A DNA stretch of 64,000 nt from Candidatus Lustribacter sp. (GTDB lineage Bacteria > Vulcanimicrobiota > Vulcanimicrobiia > Vulcanimicrobiales > Vulcanimicrobiaceae). How positions within the stretch are numbered: the first letter of the stretch is position 1; the number at the start of each line of letters is the position of its first letter. The translations under genes and the position numbers were made by a program. The notes below the pieces were generated by a model. It saw nothing but the letters and a program-made list of their open reading frames with translations. It ran no database searches and was not told the DNA's origin. The stretch spans positions 3,744,001-3,808,000 of the forward strand of contig OZ255842.1 in NCBI GenBank assembly GCA_965277805.1, in the 5' to 3' direction. This document shows positions 28,183 through 37,965 of the stretch, piece after piece.

Positions 28183-29310
28183 GTGCGCGATAACCTCGCC
28201 ACCGCACCGTTTTTCGTTTTGCATTGCGTCGACGGGGTTGCTCGGCGCGGAACCCTGACGCTGGCGCACGGAAGCGTGGAGACGCCGGCGTTTATGCCGG
28301 TGGGGACGGCTGCGACGGTCAAGGGGATTACGCCGGCGGATTTGCGGGAGATCGGCGCGCAGATCATTCTCTCGAATACGTACCATCTGTGGTTGCGGCC
28401 GGGGCGCGAGACACTGGTCGAGCTTGGCGGGCTGCATCGTTTTATGGCGTGGGATCGCCCGATCCTGACCGATAGCGGCGGGTTTCAGGTGTTCAGCTTG
28501 GAGTCGCGGCGAAAGCTCGATGACGATGGCGTGACGTTTCAGTCGCACCTCGACGGCAGCACGCACCGGTTCACGCCGGAGAACGTCGTCGGGTTTCAAG
28601 AAGCGCTCGGCGTCGACATTGCGATGATGCTCGATATCTGCGTCAAGCTGCCGGCGGCTCCGGATGAGGTCGCGGAATCCGTGCGCCGTACGACGCTCTG
28701 GGCGCGCCGCGGAACGGCCGCTTGGCAACGCGGTGCAACCGCGCTGTTCGGCATCGTGCAAGGCGGTCTCGACGAGCGCATGCGCGAGCAGAGCGCGCGC
28801 GAACTGGTGGCGCTCGACCTTCCGGGATATGCGATCGGTGGGCTCTCGGTCGGCGAATCGCGCGAGGAGATGGCGCAGTTCACGCGCTTCACAGCGGCGC
28901 TCTTGCCCGAGACGAAGCCGCGCTACCTCATGGGTGTCGGTACGGTGCGCGACTTGATCGCCGGCATCGACGGCGGGATCGATATGTTCGACTGCGTCTA
29001 CCCCACGCGGGCCGGACGTCACGGGCGGGCGATCACGCGCTCCGGCGAATACAACATCCGCAACGCGGCGTACGTCCGGGACCAACGCCCGGTCGATCCG
29101 CAGTGTTCGTGCATGGTTTGCACGACGTTCACACGCGCGTATCTCGCGCATCTCTTCCGATCGGAGGAACTCTTGGGTCCGCGTCTGTTGTCGTACCACA
29201 ATCTCGCCGCCCTGGCAGCGCTGATGGCCGATGCGCGCGACGCGATCGCGGCCGGACGCTGGGTGACGTTTCGCGACAGCGCGCTCAACCCGGCGGTAGC
29301 GGCATCGTGA
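28177..29310 (+). CDS. tgt: tRNA-guanine transglycosylase (bacterial type)
   Basis: TPAFMPVGT, TDSGGFQVFSL, GIVQGG, GGLSVGE, DMFDCV, CSCMVC; start is ATG 28177 or GTG 28183. Confidence 0.95.
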   Translation: MTVRDNLATAPFFVLHCVDGVARRGTLTLAHGSVETPAFMPVGTAATVKGITPADLREIGAQIILSNTYHLWLRPGRETLVELGGLHRFMAWDRPILTDSGGFQVFSLESRRKLDDDGVTFQSHLDGSTHRFTPENVVGFQEALGVDIAMMLDICVKLPAAPDEVAESVRRTTLWARRGTAAWQRGATALFGIVQGGLDERMREQSARELVALDLPGYAIGGLSVGESREEMAQFTRFTAALLPETKPRYLMGVGTVRDLIAGIDGGIDMFDCVYPTRAGRHGRAITRSGEYNIRNAAYVRDQRPVDPQCSCMVCTTFTRAYLAHLFRSEELLGPRLLSYHNLAALAALMADARDAIAAGRWVTFRDSALNPAVAAS

Positions 29311-30071
29311 CGTTCTTCGCGCGCGTGTGTGCGGCGGCGACGGTGCTGTTCGCGCTCGCAACCGCACCGGTGCTGGCCGACAATTCGGCGGGCGCGGGTG
29401 TCGGCATTACGCTCGATCCGATCCTGGGCGGAATCCACGACAGCTTCGACGATCAGATCCATCTGCCGCCGATCCCGGTCCCGCTGCTCGAGGGTGCGGC
29501 GCACTTCAAAAACTTCGAGTTGACCGGCTACGGATTACCGCCGGTCGCCGCGATTCCGTACAACGATGCGATTCAAGGACAGGTCGCGCTGCGGCTCTCC
29601 ATTCTCGACGCGACGCTGCGCGTGTGGGATCCGAGCGGTCATTTCGGCATCGGCGCGGGCGAGACGATCTACAATCAAACGACGCACTACGCAACGTCCG
29701 ACGCCTTCGATGTCTTCGGGCCGGGCGGGGGCGAACGGCAATACTCGCGCATCGCCGGCGCGCACTACGAAGCCGTGGTGCGCCTGCCGTTCCGCGCCGG
29801 CACGCTCGAAACGTCGCTGCGCTACGCGCCCGTGCTGCTCGGCACGCAAGTGACGACCTACGATGACGGCTCGCCGTCGCGCTTCGATCCGGAGCGCGGC
29901 CAGCAGATCGACACGAACATTCGCTACGTGCACCACGTGGGACCGCACATGGACGCGATCCTCGGCGTGCGCTACGTGAACTTCACCGCCGCCTACGACG
30001 TGCCGGGCCATCCGCTCTCCGACCGCAACGCCGCCGTCCTGCCCGCCTTCGGGTACCTCTGGCACCTCTAA
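29307..30071 (+). CDS. Hypothetical exported protein, probable outer-membrane beta-barrel
   Basis: Sec signal (..APVLA), alternating hydrophobic strands, aromatic C-terminus FGYLWHL. Confidence 0.55.
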   Translation: MTFFARVCAAATVLFALATAPVLADNSAGAGVGITLDPILGGIHDSFDDQIHLPPIPVPLLEGAAHFKNFELTGYGLPPVAAIPYNDAIQGQVALRLSILDATLRVWDPSGHFGIGAGETIYNQTTHYATSDAFDVFGPGGGERQYSRIAGAHYEAVVRLPFRAGTLETSLRYAPVLLGTQVTTYDDGSPSRFDPERGQQIDTNIRYVHHVGPHMDAILGVRYVNFTAAYDVPGHPLSDRNAAVLPAFGYLWHL

Positions 30072-30094
30072 ACCCGTTGGCGTATGATGGGGGC

Positions 30095-31207
30095 ATGGAT
30101 ACCATGCACCCCGAGGTCGTTGTTGCCGAAGCGCGCGGTTTGGCGGCGCTCAAGGAGCGCCCGGATGCGGCGATGCAGGCAGCGCTTGCCGCGTTGCCGC
30201 CGCTCTTCTCGACCGACTCGCACGTGATGGAACCGCACGCGGTGTGGGAAGACATGCCGGCGCCGCAGCGCGAGGTCGTGCACGCGTGGTTGAGCGAAAT
30301 CGGGTTCCGCGCCGATAAACTGCCGCCCGGCGCAAGCGATCCGCACGCGCGGCTGCTCGATCAGAAGCGCGACGGCATTCAAGCCGAAATTCTCTTTCCC
30401 AACGACGGCATGTCGGTGTTCGGAATGCCCGATCCGCTCGCGCAGCAGGCGGCGTTTCACGCCTACAACGATTGGCTGGCCGCGTTCTGCAAGACCGCGC
30501 CGCGGAATTTCTTCGGCGTGACGGCCCTGTCGGTGTACGACATCGATGCCGCTGTCAAGGAGATGTATCGCGGGCTCGATTTGGGACTGCTCGGTGCGAT
30601 GGTATGGCAAGTGCCCGATCCGGCGTTGCCGTTCACTTCGCGCCATTACGATCCGCTCTGGGCCGCGGCCGCAGAGGCCGGCGCGCCGGTGCACATGCAC
30701 ATCCTCACCGGCCACTCCTACGCACTCACGCAAAAGAAGGCAGTCGGCGCCGACAAAATTCGCGGCGCCGTGAACAAGAAGCAGAACGACACCGTCAACG
30801 CGCTCTTCGACGTTATTTTCTCGGGCGTGTTCGACCGGCATCCGACGTTACGCATCGTGCTCGCCGAGAGCGAATGCGGCTGGCTGCCGTTCGTGCTGCA
30901 GCAGTGGGACTACTATTTCGAGCGCTTCCGCGCGAAGGAAGACCTCTGCATCACGCGGCTGCCGAGCGAAATCTTCAACGAGCACGTGTACTGCACGTGG
31001 CTCGAGGATTATTCGGGGACGCGGCAGTTTTCGTGGTGGGGTCAGGACAACTTGATGTGGTCCAACGACTATCCGCACTTCAACATGACGTTTCCGTACT
31101 CGCGCGAGAACGTCGTGCATCACATCGGCAATTTGCCGAAAGAGATTCAGCTCAAGCTCATTCGCGACAACGCTATCCGTTTGTATGGCCTTGCGGAGCG
31201 TCTCTAA
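30095..31207 (+). CDS. Amidohydrolase family 2 protein
   Basis: TDSHVME, AYNDWLA.FC, PVHMH, GVFDRHP, ESECGW, WSNDYPH; TATGAT 6 nt upstream of ATG. Confidence 0.88.
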   Translation: MDTMHPEVVVAEARGLAALKERPDAAMQAALAALPPLFSTDSHVMEPHAVWEDMPAPQREVVHAWLSEIGFRADKLPPGASDPHARLLDQKRDGIQAEILFPNDGMSVFGMPDPLAQQAAFHAYNDWLAAFCKTAPRNFFGVTALSVYDIDAAVKEMYRGLDLGLLGAMVWQVPDPALPFTSRHYDPLWAAAAEAGAPVHMHILTGHSYALTQKKAVGADKIRGAVNKKQNDTVNALFDVIFSGVFDRHPTLRIVLAESECGWLPFVLQQWDYYFERFRAKEDLCITRLPSEIFNEHVYCTWLEDYSGTRQFSWWGQDNLMWSNDYPHFNMTFPYSRENVVHHIGNLPKEIQLKLIRDNAIRLYGLAERL

Positions 31208-31221
31208 GGGCGACGCTTCGG

Positions 31222-31284
31222 TTGTACGTACAATGAGCGAGTGAGCGCTTATCCTTGAAGTGATCGGGACCGGACGTCTATAGT
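31222..31284 (+). promoter_or_regulatory. Palindromic operator plus sigma70-type leaderless promoter
   Basis: Perfect palindrome TTGTACGTACAA at 31222-31233; TTGAAG-N18-TATAGT, 6 nt, ATG 31291. Confidence 0.55.
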
Positions 31285-31290
31285 AGCGAA

Positions 31291-31785
31291 ATGCGATCCG
31301 CCCTGTTGCTGCTCGCACTGTTGGCCTTATGCGGATGCTCCCTTTCGGCTTCCGAGCTCATGCCGAAGTCGCACGGGCCGTCGGATACGCGAACGGTGCA
31401 TGTCAGTCTCGTCGCGCTCCCGGCCGCGGCGGCGGTCCCGAGGACGGCGCCGGACGCCCTCGATATTTCGTCAGTGGCCCGGTCCGCAGTAAGTATTCCG
31501 CGCGGAATAGCGGACCTCGAACATGCGGTGGTCGTCGCGACGGTGACACTCGGGGCGATCGGTTTGATAAACGCCGCCTTGCTTATTCGGCTGACAACCA
31601 TGCGTCCGCGCGAACGTCTCCGGCCGGAGCCTGAAATAGACGTCGACGTGGCGCCCGCAAAGACGTGTGCTTGCGGCGCGCCGATTTCCATGCGGACGAA
31701 GACGGGCCGCTGCCGGCGATGCGCTCTCGAACATCGGCACAACAACAGCTCGAATGGTCGCCGGGAAACGATCGGACTGTCGTAG
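31291..31785 (+). CDS. Hypothetical membrane lipoprotein with C-terminal Cys cluster
   Basis: LLALCGC lipobox-like motif, internal TM, CACG..CRRC. Confidence 0.55.
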   Translation: MRSALLLLALLALCGCSLSASELMPKSHGPSDTRTVHVSLVALPAAAAVPRTAPDALDISSVARSAVSIPRGIADLEHAVVVATVTLGAIGLINAALLIRLTTMRPRERLRPEPEIDVDVAPAKTCACGAPISMRTKTGRCRRCALEHRHNNSSNGRRETIGLS

Positions 31786-31815
31786 CTCGCGCGCCCAAGC
31801 GGGTATGCATGCGGC

Positions 31816-33423
31816 ATGGGCATTATGGTTTGGCCGAGTGCGGCAGCGTACCGCGACGCAATAAGTAAACCCGGCGCGTTAAGCGACGCGGAGCTGCAGT
31901 CCCGCAACGTTGAGATTGATGGCGATGGGCGTCCCGTCATGTACAGCGGAGCGTTCACGACGACGTTTCGCCTTCGATCCGAAAACGGCGACGTAGCGCT
32001 CCGCTGCTACCACCGTGACTACAGCAGGTTGGAACGGCGATACGGGGCAATCGGCGAGTTTCTCGGTCACGTGCAGTGTCCGGCATTGTCGCGCACGCAG
32101 TATTTGGCTCACGGTATACGTGTCGACGGCATTTGGTGGCCGGCCGTTAAGATGGACTGGATACCGGGTCGTACCCTGACCGACGAAATCGAAGCCGTGC
32201 TGGGTGATGACAAGGCCATGCTGCGCTTAGCCGGTGGCTTCAGGGAAGCCGTGCGGTCGCTCGTTGTGTTGGGGATTGCGCACGGCGACTTGCGGCCCGC
32301 GAACATTAAAGTGTCGGGCGGCGCAGTGCGATTCATCGACTACGACGCGATGTTCGTACCGGTATTGTCGGGTCTGCAGCAAGCCGCATACGGGCATCGT
32401 AATTACCAGCACCCGGGACGCGTTCGCGCACGGTATGATGGCCGGCTCGACAACTTTTCTTCGCTCGTCATTTACACCGCGCTCGTGGCCCTTGCGTCGA
32501 TGCCCGCGCTGTGGACGCAATTCAATGATGGCGATAACATGCTGTTTCGGGCGCAGGACTTTGTCTCCGACGGGCGCTCCGCATTATTTCAGGCTTTGCT
32601 GGAAAACGATGCTACCCGTGCACTGGCACGTACTTTGATCGACGCCTGCCGCCGGCCGATCGACGCCGTTCCGACGCTCGAAGAAGCGATCGAACGATCG
32701 GGCAAGGCGACGGCGCCGGAGCATTCCTCCCTCCGGCTCGTGCTGCCGGGCTACGATGCAAATAGGGCCGCGCAGCGGTCGCCGGATCCCGCACCGGAAC
32801 CACCAGAGCAAGAAGTGCACGTAAATCGCCGGCCACGCCTCGCGTTGTTGTCGCCGCAAGTCGGCCTCGCGCTAACGGCAGTTGTTGGGCTCGGCATCGG
32901 CGTCGGACTCGCGGGTTTATCAAAGCACGCGCCGGACGATACGGCTCCGCCGCCCTCGCTTGCCATCGTAACGCCCGTCCCGGTGGCGACGATGCAGCCG
33001 ACGATCGCACCAACTATACGACCCACGGCCGCGCCGATCGTCCGGCCAACCGTATCGCCGACGAGTCGCACATCAGCAGCGCAAGGTACATGGCAGATCA
33101 ACGAAGCGAACGTGCAGGTCGGCTCCATGGTTTGGGCCGGCGGAGCGGCTCTCACGCACAATGGGACGCTGGTCCTCAACGCGCACAAAGTCAGAATTGC
33201 TGGACAACCCGCAACACCGTGCGAGCGTGCAACCACGCTCCACGCCGCCGTCATGCTGGGGGCAGCGCGGCAAACGGTTCCGTTCCTCGAAACGAACTGC
33301 GCCGGGACAACGTCTGCGGGCGAAGTGCGCCTTGCCGATTTCGCTCCCGACCAACGCTCGTTCAGTGGAACGTTCTGGGAAAACGGCGTGCGATTGGGCG
33401 AGTTCACCGCCAGCAAGCAGTAA
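31816..33423 (+). CDS. Membrane-anchored protein kinase-like protein
   Basis: SGAF loop, IAHGDLRPANI, FIDYDAM, NYQHP; TM; Pro/Thr linker; C-terminal domain with two Cys. Confidence 0.8.
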   Translation: MGIMVWPSAAAYRDAISKPGALSDAELQSRNVEIDGDGRPVMYSGAFTTTFRLRSENGDVALRCYHRDYSRLERRYGAIGEFLGHVQCPALSRTQYLAHGIRVDGIWWPAVKMDWIPGRTLTDEIEAVLGDDKAMLRLAGGFREAVRSLVVLGIAHGDLRPANIKVSGGAVRFIDYDAMFVPVLSGLQQAAYGHRNYQHPGRVRARYDGRLDNFSSLVIYTALVALASMPALWTQFNDGDNMLFRAQDFVSDGRSALFQALLENDATRALARTLIDACRRPIDAVPTLEEAIERSGKATAPEHSSLRLVLPGYDANRAAQRSPDPAPEPPEQEVHVNRRPRLALLSPQVGLALTAVVGLGIGVGLAGLSKHAPDDTAPPPSLAIVTPVPVATMQPTIAPTIRPTAAPIVRPTVSPTSRTSAAQGTWQINEANVQVGSMVWAGGAALTHNGTLVLNAHKVRIAGQPATPCERATTLHAAVMLGAARQTVPFLETNCAGTTSAGEVRLADFAPDQRSFSGTFWENGVRLGEFTASKQ

Positions 33424-33436
33424 TCACTGCGGTAGC

Positions 33437-35122
33437 CTACTTCGTCGAGTGAGTCCTCAGCCAATTCTCTAGCGCGGTGAGCATGCGGGGGTCGAGACGC
33501 GCCGGGACGGTGAGGTATTGCTGGAGCGCGGCGTAGGGGGTTTGTTTTACGCCGGGGGTGATGGATTCGAAGAGGTGGTTGTCGTTGCTGAAGATGCGCA
33601 CGGTGACGTCATGGTTGGTGGCGCGTGCCGCCGTGACTAAGCGCGGGAGGTCGGCGGCGAGCACTTGGACGTCGGCTGCGCCTTGGAGGATCAGGATTGG
33701 TACGTGCACGCGTTTGATGTCGACGATCGGGTCGATGTCCATCGATGAGCGCAGCCAGGCGCGCATCGAGTCGTGACCCTCGCGCGCATTTTGGAAGTCG
33801 GTGAGTTCTTTGGCGTCCACGGCCTTGCGCTGATCGGCCGGTACGCTCGCGAGCGCTTGTTGCATGATCACGCGCCACAGCGGAAGCGACGGCGGCGCCA
33901 TCAGCACGATGCCGGCGACGCGCGCGTCTTCCGCCGCAACCGTCGGCACCAACTCGCCGCCTTCACTGTGCCCCAGCAGATAGATGCGCTTCGGATTGAC
34001 CTCCGGTTGAGCGCTCGCGAAACGATACGCGGCTTTCACGTCGTCGATGAGCTGGTCGCGCGTGCCGAGCGTGGTGCGCCCGCCACTTTTGCCGATACCG
34101 CGCTTGTCGTAACGCAACACGGCGTAGCCCGCGTTTGAGAGCGCGTTGCTGAGTTGGAGAAAAACGGGGTTCGGGCCGATCGTTTCATCGCGGTCTTGGC
34201 CGCCGGAACCGTGCACGAACACGAGCGTCGCGTATGGGCCGTGGCCGCGTTCGGGAACGGTGAGCGTTCCGGCAAGCATCGTGCCGTCGGCCGACGTGAA
34301 CGTGACATCCCGGCTGGTGAAGTGCGGGAACGGCGTCGGCAGCGCGGCCGGCAGCGGTACGGGCGTCGCGACCGCCGACGCTTGCGGCGCGCTCGAGGTC
34401 AGGCGATACTCCCCGCCTTGCTCGGGAATCTGTACGTCGTGCATGACGAACGTCGCGGGATCGTACCAATAGATCTCGTGCAAGCCGTTGAAATCGAGGG
34501 CGAGGCTTGCGTCACCGGCCGGTACCGACGGCGGTCGTGCCGCATCGCCGGCCGCGCCGATCGTGGCGAGCAGCGGTTTGCCGCCGGCAAGCACGGCGAG
34601 GGTGAACGCCTTCAGGCCCGTCGCGTGGATGATCGCGGGGACCAACGCGCCGCTCGCGATGAGGTTATCGCCGAGCAGCTCCAGCGGCGCCGACGGATCG
34701 GCGACGATGTCCGCACCTTGGCCGGGCTTCACGGCGACGCTCACCACGCCCGGCTTGAACGTCACGTCGGTATGCTGCGATGTGGTGCCGACGATGAAGT
34801 CGGCGCTGTAGCCGGTTTCGTGAAGCGTCGCCGCATCGTAGTGCATGGCCGTAGTCGCCGAGTACTTCGGTACCGAAAAGTTGGCGGATTCTTTGACGAC
34901 GATCGTGCCGGGCACCGACGTGCCGTCGATCGTGAACGTGCTTTTTCCGATTGGCGTCCCGCGGAACGTTGCGGCGTAGACGTAGGTGCCGTCGGGCGGG
35001 CGCGGCGGCACTCCCTGCGCACTTGCGGACACCGCTGTAATGAGGACGGCCGCAAAGAGCGCGAGCGTGGCGGTCCCCCGACAAGCTCGGGATGACAGGG
35101 ACACGGACACGGACAGAGACAC
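33437..35122 (-). CDS. Exported alpha/beta hydrolase with an N-terminal beta-rich domain
   Basis: HGSG..DRD, RYDKRG, GHSEGG, QGAAD, NHLF; start position uncertain (several GTG). Confidence 0.85.
   Translation of the reverse strand: MSLSVSVSLSSRACRGTATLALFAAVLITAVSASAQGVPPRPPDGTYVYAATFRGTPIGKSTFTIDGTSVPGTIVVKESANFSVPKYSATTAMHYDAATLHETGYSADFIVGTTSQHTDVTFKPGVVSVAVKPGQGADIVADPSAPLELLGDNLIASGALVPAIIHATGLKAFTLAVLAGGKPLLATIGAAGDAARPPSVPAGDASLALDFNGLHEIYWYDPATFVMHDVQIPEQGGEYRLTSSAPQASAVATPVPLPAALPTPFPHFTSRDVTFTSADGTMLAGTLTVPERGHGPYATLVFVHGSGGQDRDETIGPNPVFLQLSNALSNAGYAVLRYDKRGIGKSGGRTTLGTRDQLIDDVKAAYRFASAQPEVNPKRIYLLGHSEGGELVPTVAAEDARVAGIVLMAPPSLPLWRVIMQQALASVPADQRKAVDAKELTDFQNAREGHDSMRAWLRSSMDIDPIVDIKRVHVPILILQGAADVQVLAADLPRLVTAARATNHDVTVRIFSNDNHLFESITPGVKQTPYAALQQYLTVPARLDPRMLTALENWLRTHSTK
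35070..35122. repeat. REP-like element plus four tandem GGACAC-like hexamers, inside a 5' coding region
   Basis: REP at 35070-35097; GGACAC GGACAC GGACAG AGACAC at 35099-35122. Confidence 0.85.
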
Positions 35123-35125
35123 GCG

Positions 35126-36100
35126 CTAGTGGAAGGCGGCTGGGCTGATTAGGTCGCGTGAATCTATTGGGGGTGCGACTTTGTAGCGCGTTGCTGCGTC
35201 GACGAGCGGTTTCATCAGCTGCGGGGTTAGCACGGTGCCGAGCGTTACGCGGTCGCCGAGTGAAGCGATCTCTTGCGGCGTCACGGACAGGAACGTCGCG
35301 AGCATCGGTGCGGTTTCGGCGTGATGCGCGTTGCTGTAGATCGATGCGTCGTGCATCACGCGCACGAATGCCGCGGCCAGCGCGGGATTCTTCGCCGCCC
35401 AGTCGTCGCGCGCAAACCACGCGGTCATCATGAAACGCGGCGCGATCGCGGTTGCCGAGTAGGCCAGCAGTTTGACTTTACCGCTGTCGAGGCCGTTCTT
35501 GAGGAACGGCTGCGTGAGCGTGCCGAACGCGACACGGCCGGTGGCGATAGCCTCGGAGGCGACGGGCATCGGCACTTCGACGAGTTTGACGGTGGATGAA
35601 TCGCCGCCGTGCGCATCGATCCACGTTTTCATCGCGATCGTGTAGAGATCGTCGATCGCCGAGACCGCCGCCGTTAGGCCGTTTAGGTCGGCGCCGCTTT
35701 TGATCGGGCTGTCGGACTTGATGACGAGCGCGAACGACGGATGATCTGCCGTGTATTCGGCGCCGGGCGCAAGACACGTCAGCGGCAGGCCTTTGCCGCG
35801 CGCCGCCAAGAGCGACGGCATACTCGATTTGCCGAGATCGAATGCGCCGCTGAGCACGCCGGCGACGATCGTCGAGCCGCTCGGCAGGCGATCGATCTTG
35901 GCATCGATGCCGGCCTTCTTGAAGAGCCCGCCGTCGAGCGCGTAGAGAAACGGCGTAACCTCGTCGTTAGACGACGAGGCCGCGTGCAGCGGCATCAGCG
36001 CGGGCGCGTCGGCGGCAGACGCCGGTGCGGCCGGCGCGACGAGCGCGGCACTGCCGAGCGCGAGCAATTCCGCGCGGGTAAGGCGGCTGGATGATCTCAT
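35126..36100 (-). CDS. ABC transporter substrate-binding protein, NitT/TauT family
   Basis: YALDGGLFKKAGI, DLNG.T.AV, HGGDSSTVKLVE; TGG-TAGCAT 6 nt upstream of ATG. Confidence 0.85.
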   Translation of the reverse strand: MRSSSRLTRAELLALGSAALVAPAAPASAADAPALMPLHAASSSNDEVTPFLYALDGGLFKKAGIDAKIDRLPSGSTIVAGVLSGAFDLGKSSMPSLLAARGKGLPLTCLAPGAEYTADHPSFALVIKSDSPIKSGADLNGLTAAVSAIDDLYTIAMKTWIDAHGGDSSTVKLVEVPMPVASEAIATGRVAFGTLTQPFLKNGLDSGKVKLLAYSATAIAPRFMMTAWFARDDWAAKNPALAAAFVRVMHDASIYSNAHHAETAPMLATFLSVTPQEIASLGDRVTLGTVLTPQLMKPLVDAATRYKVAPPIDSRDLISPAAFH

Positions 36101-36158
36101 GGGCCGATGCTACCAGGACGCCCGGGACGAGACAAGCTCTTCGCGAACGGCGGCTACG

Positions 36159-36617
36159 ATGACGAACGACGCCTATCCGACCACGATCCTCGAGCCCGGC
36201 GACCACGAGCGCTGGACGGAGTTGTGGCGCGCCTACCTCACGTTCTACGAAACCGAACTTCCGGCAGACGTCTATGCGGCGACGTGGGGACGCATCATGG
36301 ACCCGGGCGGCTCGATTCATGCGCTCGGCGTGCGCGACGATGGCGGACGGCTGGTGGGGATCGCGCACTACCTTACCCATGCGCATTCGTGGTCGCGCGC
36401 TGAAGCGTGTTACCTACAGGATCTGTTCGTTGATGCCGACGTGCGCGGGCGCGGGTATGCGACCGCGCTGATAAACGGGGTCGCAACTGCGGCGCGGGAA
36501 CGCCGGTGTTTCAAGCTTTATTGGACCACTCAAGAAAAGAACGTGACGGCGCGGCGGTTGTATGACCGCGTGGCAAAGTTTACCGGTTTTATCCGATACG
36601 ATTTTGCGTTAACGTGA
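36159..36617 (+). CDS. GNAT family N-acetyltransferase
   Basis: CYLQDLFV..RGRGYA, LYWTT..N.TARRLYD. Confidence 0.9.
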   Translation: MTNDAYPTTILEPGDHERWTELWRAYLTFYETELPADVYAATWGRIMDPGGSIHALGVRDDGGRLVGIAHYLTHAHSWSRAEACYLQDLFVDADVRGRGYATALINGVATAARERRCFKLYWTTQEKNVTARRLYDRVAKFTGFIRYDFALT

Positions 36618-37898
36618 GACCAATACTCCGGCGGCGCTGACGTTTTGCCAGGGGGCGTCGAGCGGGAGCATTTGTTCTTCGGCGCGCAAGTCGGCGTACG
36701 GGATCGGGTCGCTGAGGCCGACGGGAGCGGCGTCTTCGGACATAAAGCGTTTCACTGAATCGATCATCATGCGGCGGAAGCGGATCACGGCGGTGTCGCT
36801 GACGCCCAGGTGCTCTTTGGTGCGATCTAAGATCGGGCCCATGCTTTCCTGAACGGCGATGTCCTCGCGGCTGACCCCCATGATGCCGGTATGGCTTTCG
36901 CCGCGGCGCATCGCCGCACGATCTTGCAGCCAGTTGTTTTCGCGATTGCCCTGCAGGCGGTGCTCGTCGTCGAGGTCGATGCCCGGGCGCAGGTGCGCGT
37001 TCTCGAGCAAGTTCGCGCGGTCCTCATCGCTGAGTGCCGTTTCCGACACTTGGAAGAAATAGAACATCGTGTGCGTGTCGTCGATCGGCGCGAACGCTTG
37101 CAGCCACACCCAGCCTTTGGGCGGCGGGAACATCGCATAGATCGGTGCGATGACGAGCGAGACGCGCACGTACTTCTGTTTGTCCGGGTCGACCAGCGGC
37201 TTGCGGATCGCCGCGTAGCGGAAACCGTACGGCGTGTCTTCCGATTCCATCCGCGGGCGCGTATCGTTCGATGGCCGGCGCGCGAAGCCGCCGGATTGCT
37301 GCTCCGTCGTCGTCACGTCGGCGCTCGGGCGGACGCCGTGGCGGTGCAGGAGGTTCGTGTGCGACGAATCGATCACGCCTTCGAGCCCTTGCGCCCAGTT
37401 CTCGTGCTCCAGCACGCGAACCGTATGCACGTGCGATGCCGGCACCTGCGTGAAGAGCAAATCCAACGGCGGCGGCTCGAGACCGGGCGGCCCCATGTAG
37501 GCCCAGATCACGCCGCCGGATTCATAGACCGTGTAGGCCGTCGCGCGAATGCGGTCTTTGAACGTCGAGTCTTCCGGTTCGACCGGCGTATCGATGATCT
37601 TGCCCGTGCAGTTGATGCGCCAGCCGTGGTAGAGGCACTCGAGGGCATTGTTTTCGTTGCGGCCGAGGACGAGCGACGCGCGGCGGTGCGGGCACAGCTC
37701 ATCGAGCAAGCCCACGCGCCCGTCGTCGCCACGGAATGCGACCAGATCTTCGCCGAGCAGCCGCACGCGCTTCGGATCGCCGCCGGCTTCTAAGTCCGCG
37801 CTCAGCAGCGCGGGAATCCAGTAGCGCCGGAGCATCTTTCCCATCGGCGCATCGGGCCCGACGCGGCAGAGGAGCTCGTTTTCTTCGCGTGTCAGCAT
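36609..37898 (-). CDS. Rieske oxygenase, phthalate 4,5-dioxygenase oxygenase-like
   Basis: MLTREENELL, CPHR..CLYHGW, EGVIDSSHTNLLH, EDIAVQESMGPI. Confidence 0.9.
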   Translation of the reverse strand: MLTREENELLCRVGPDAPMGKMLRRYWIPALLSADLEAGGDPKRVRLLGEDLVAFRGDDGRVGLLDELCPHRRASLVLGRNENNALECLYHGWRINCTGKIIDTPVEPEDSTFKDRIRATAYTVYESGGVIWAYMGPPGLEPPPLDLLFTQVPASHVHTVRVLEHENWAQGLEGVIDSSHTNLLHRHGVRPSADVTTTEQQSGGFARRPSNDTRPRMESEDTPYGFRYAAIRKPLVDPDKQKYVRVSLVIAPIYAMFPPPKGWVWLQAFAPIDDTHTMFYFFQVSETALSDEDRANLLENAHLRPGIDLDDEHRLQGNRENNWLQDRAAMRRGESHTGIMGVSREDIAVQESMGPILDRTKEHLGVSDTAVIRFRRMMIDSVKRFMSEDAAPVGLSDPIPYADLRAEEQMLPLDAPWQNVSAAGVLVSR

Positions 37899-37965
37899 GA
37901 TCTGTTTCCTCCGGTCTCCGTACGAAATACGAGGGAGGCGCGCGGGACCCTCGTAAGCTGTGCGC

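Noticed and set aside
32940-33070. Repeat-like PTIAPTIRPTAAPIVRPTVSPT stretch
   Set aside because: Ordinary low-complexity Pro/Thr linker within the kinase CDS.
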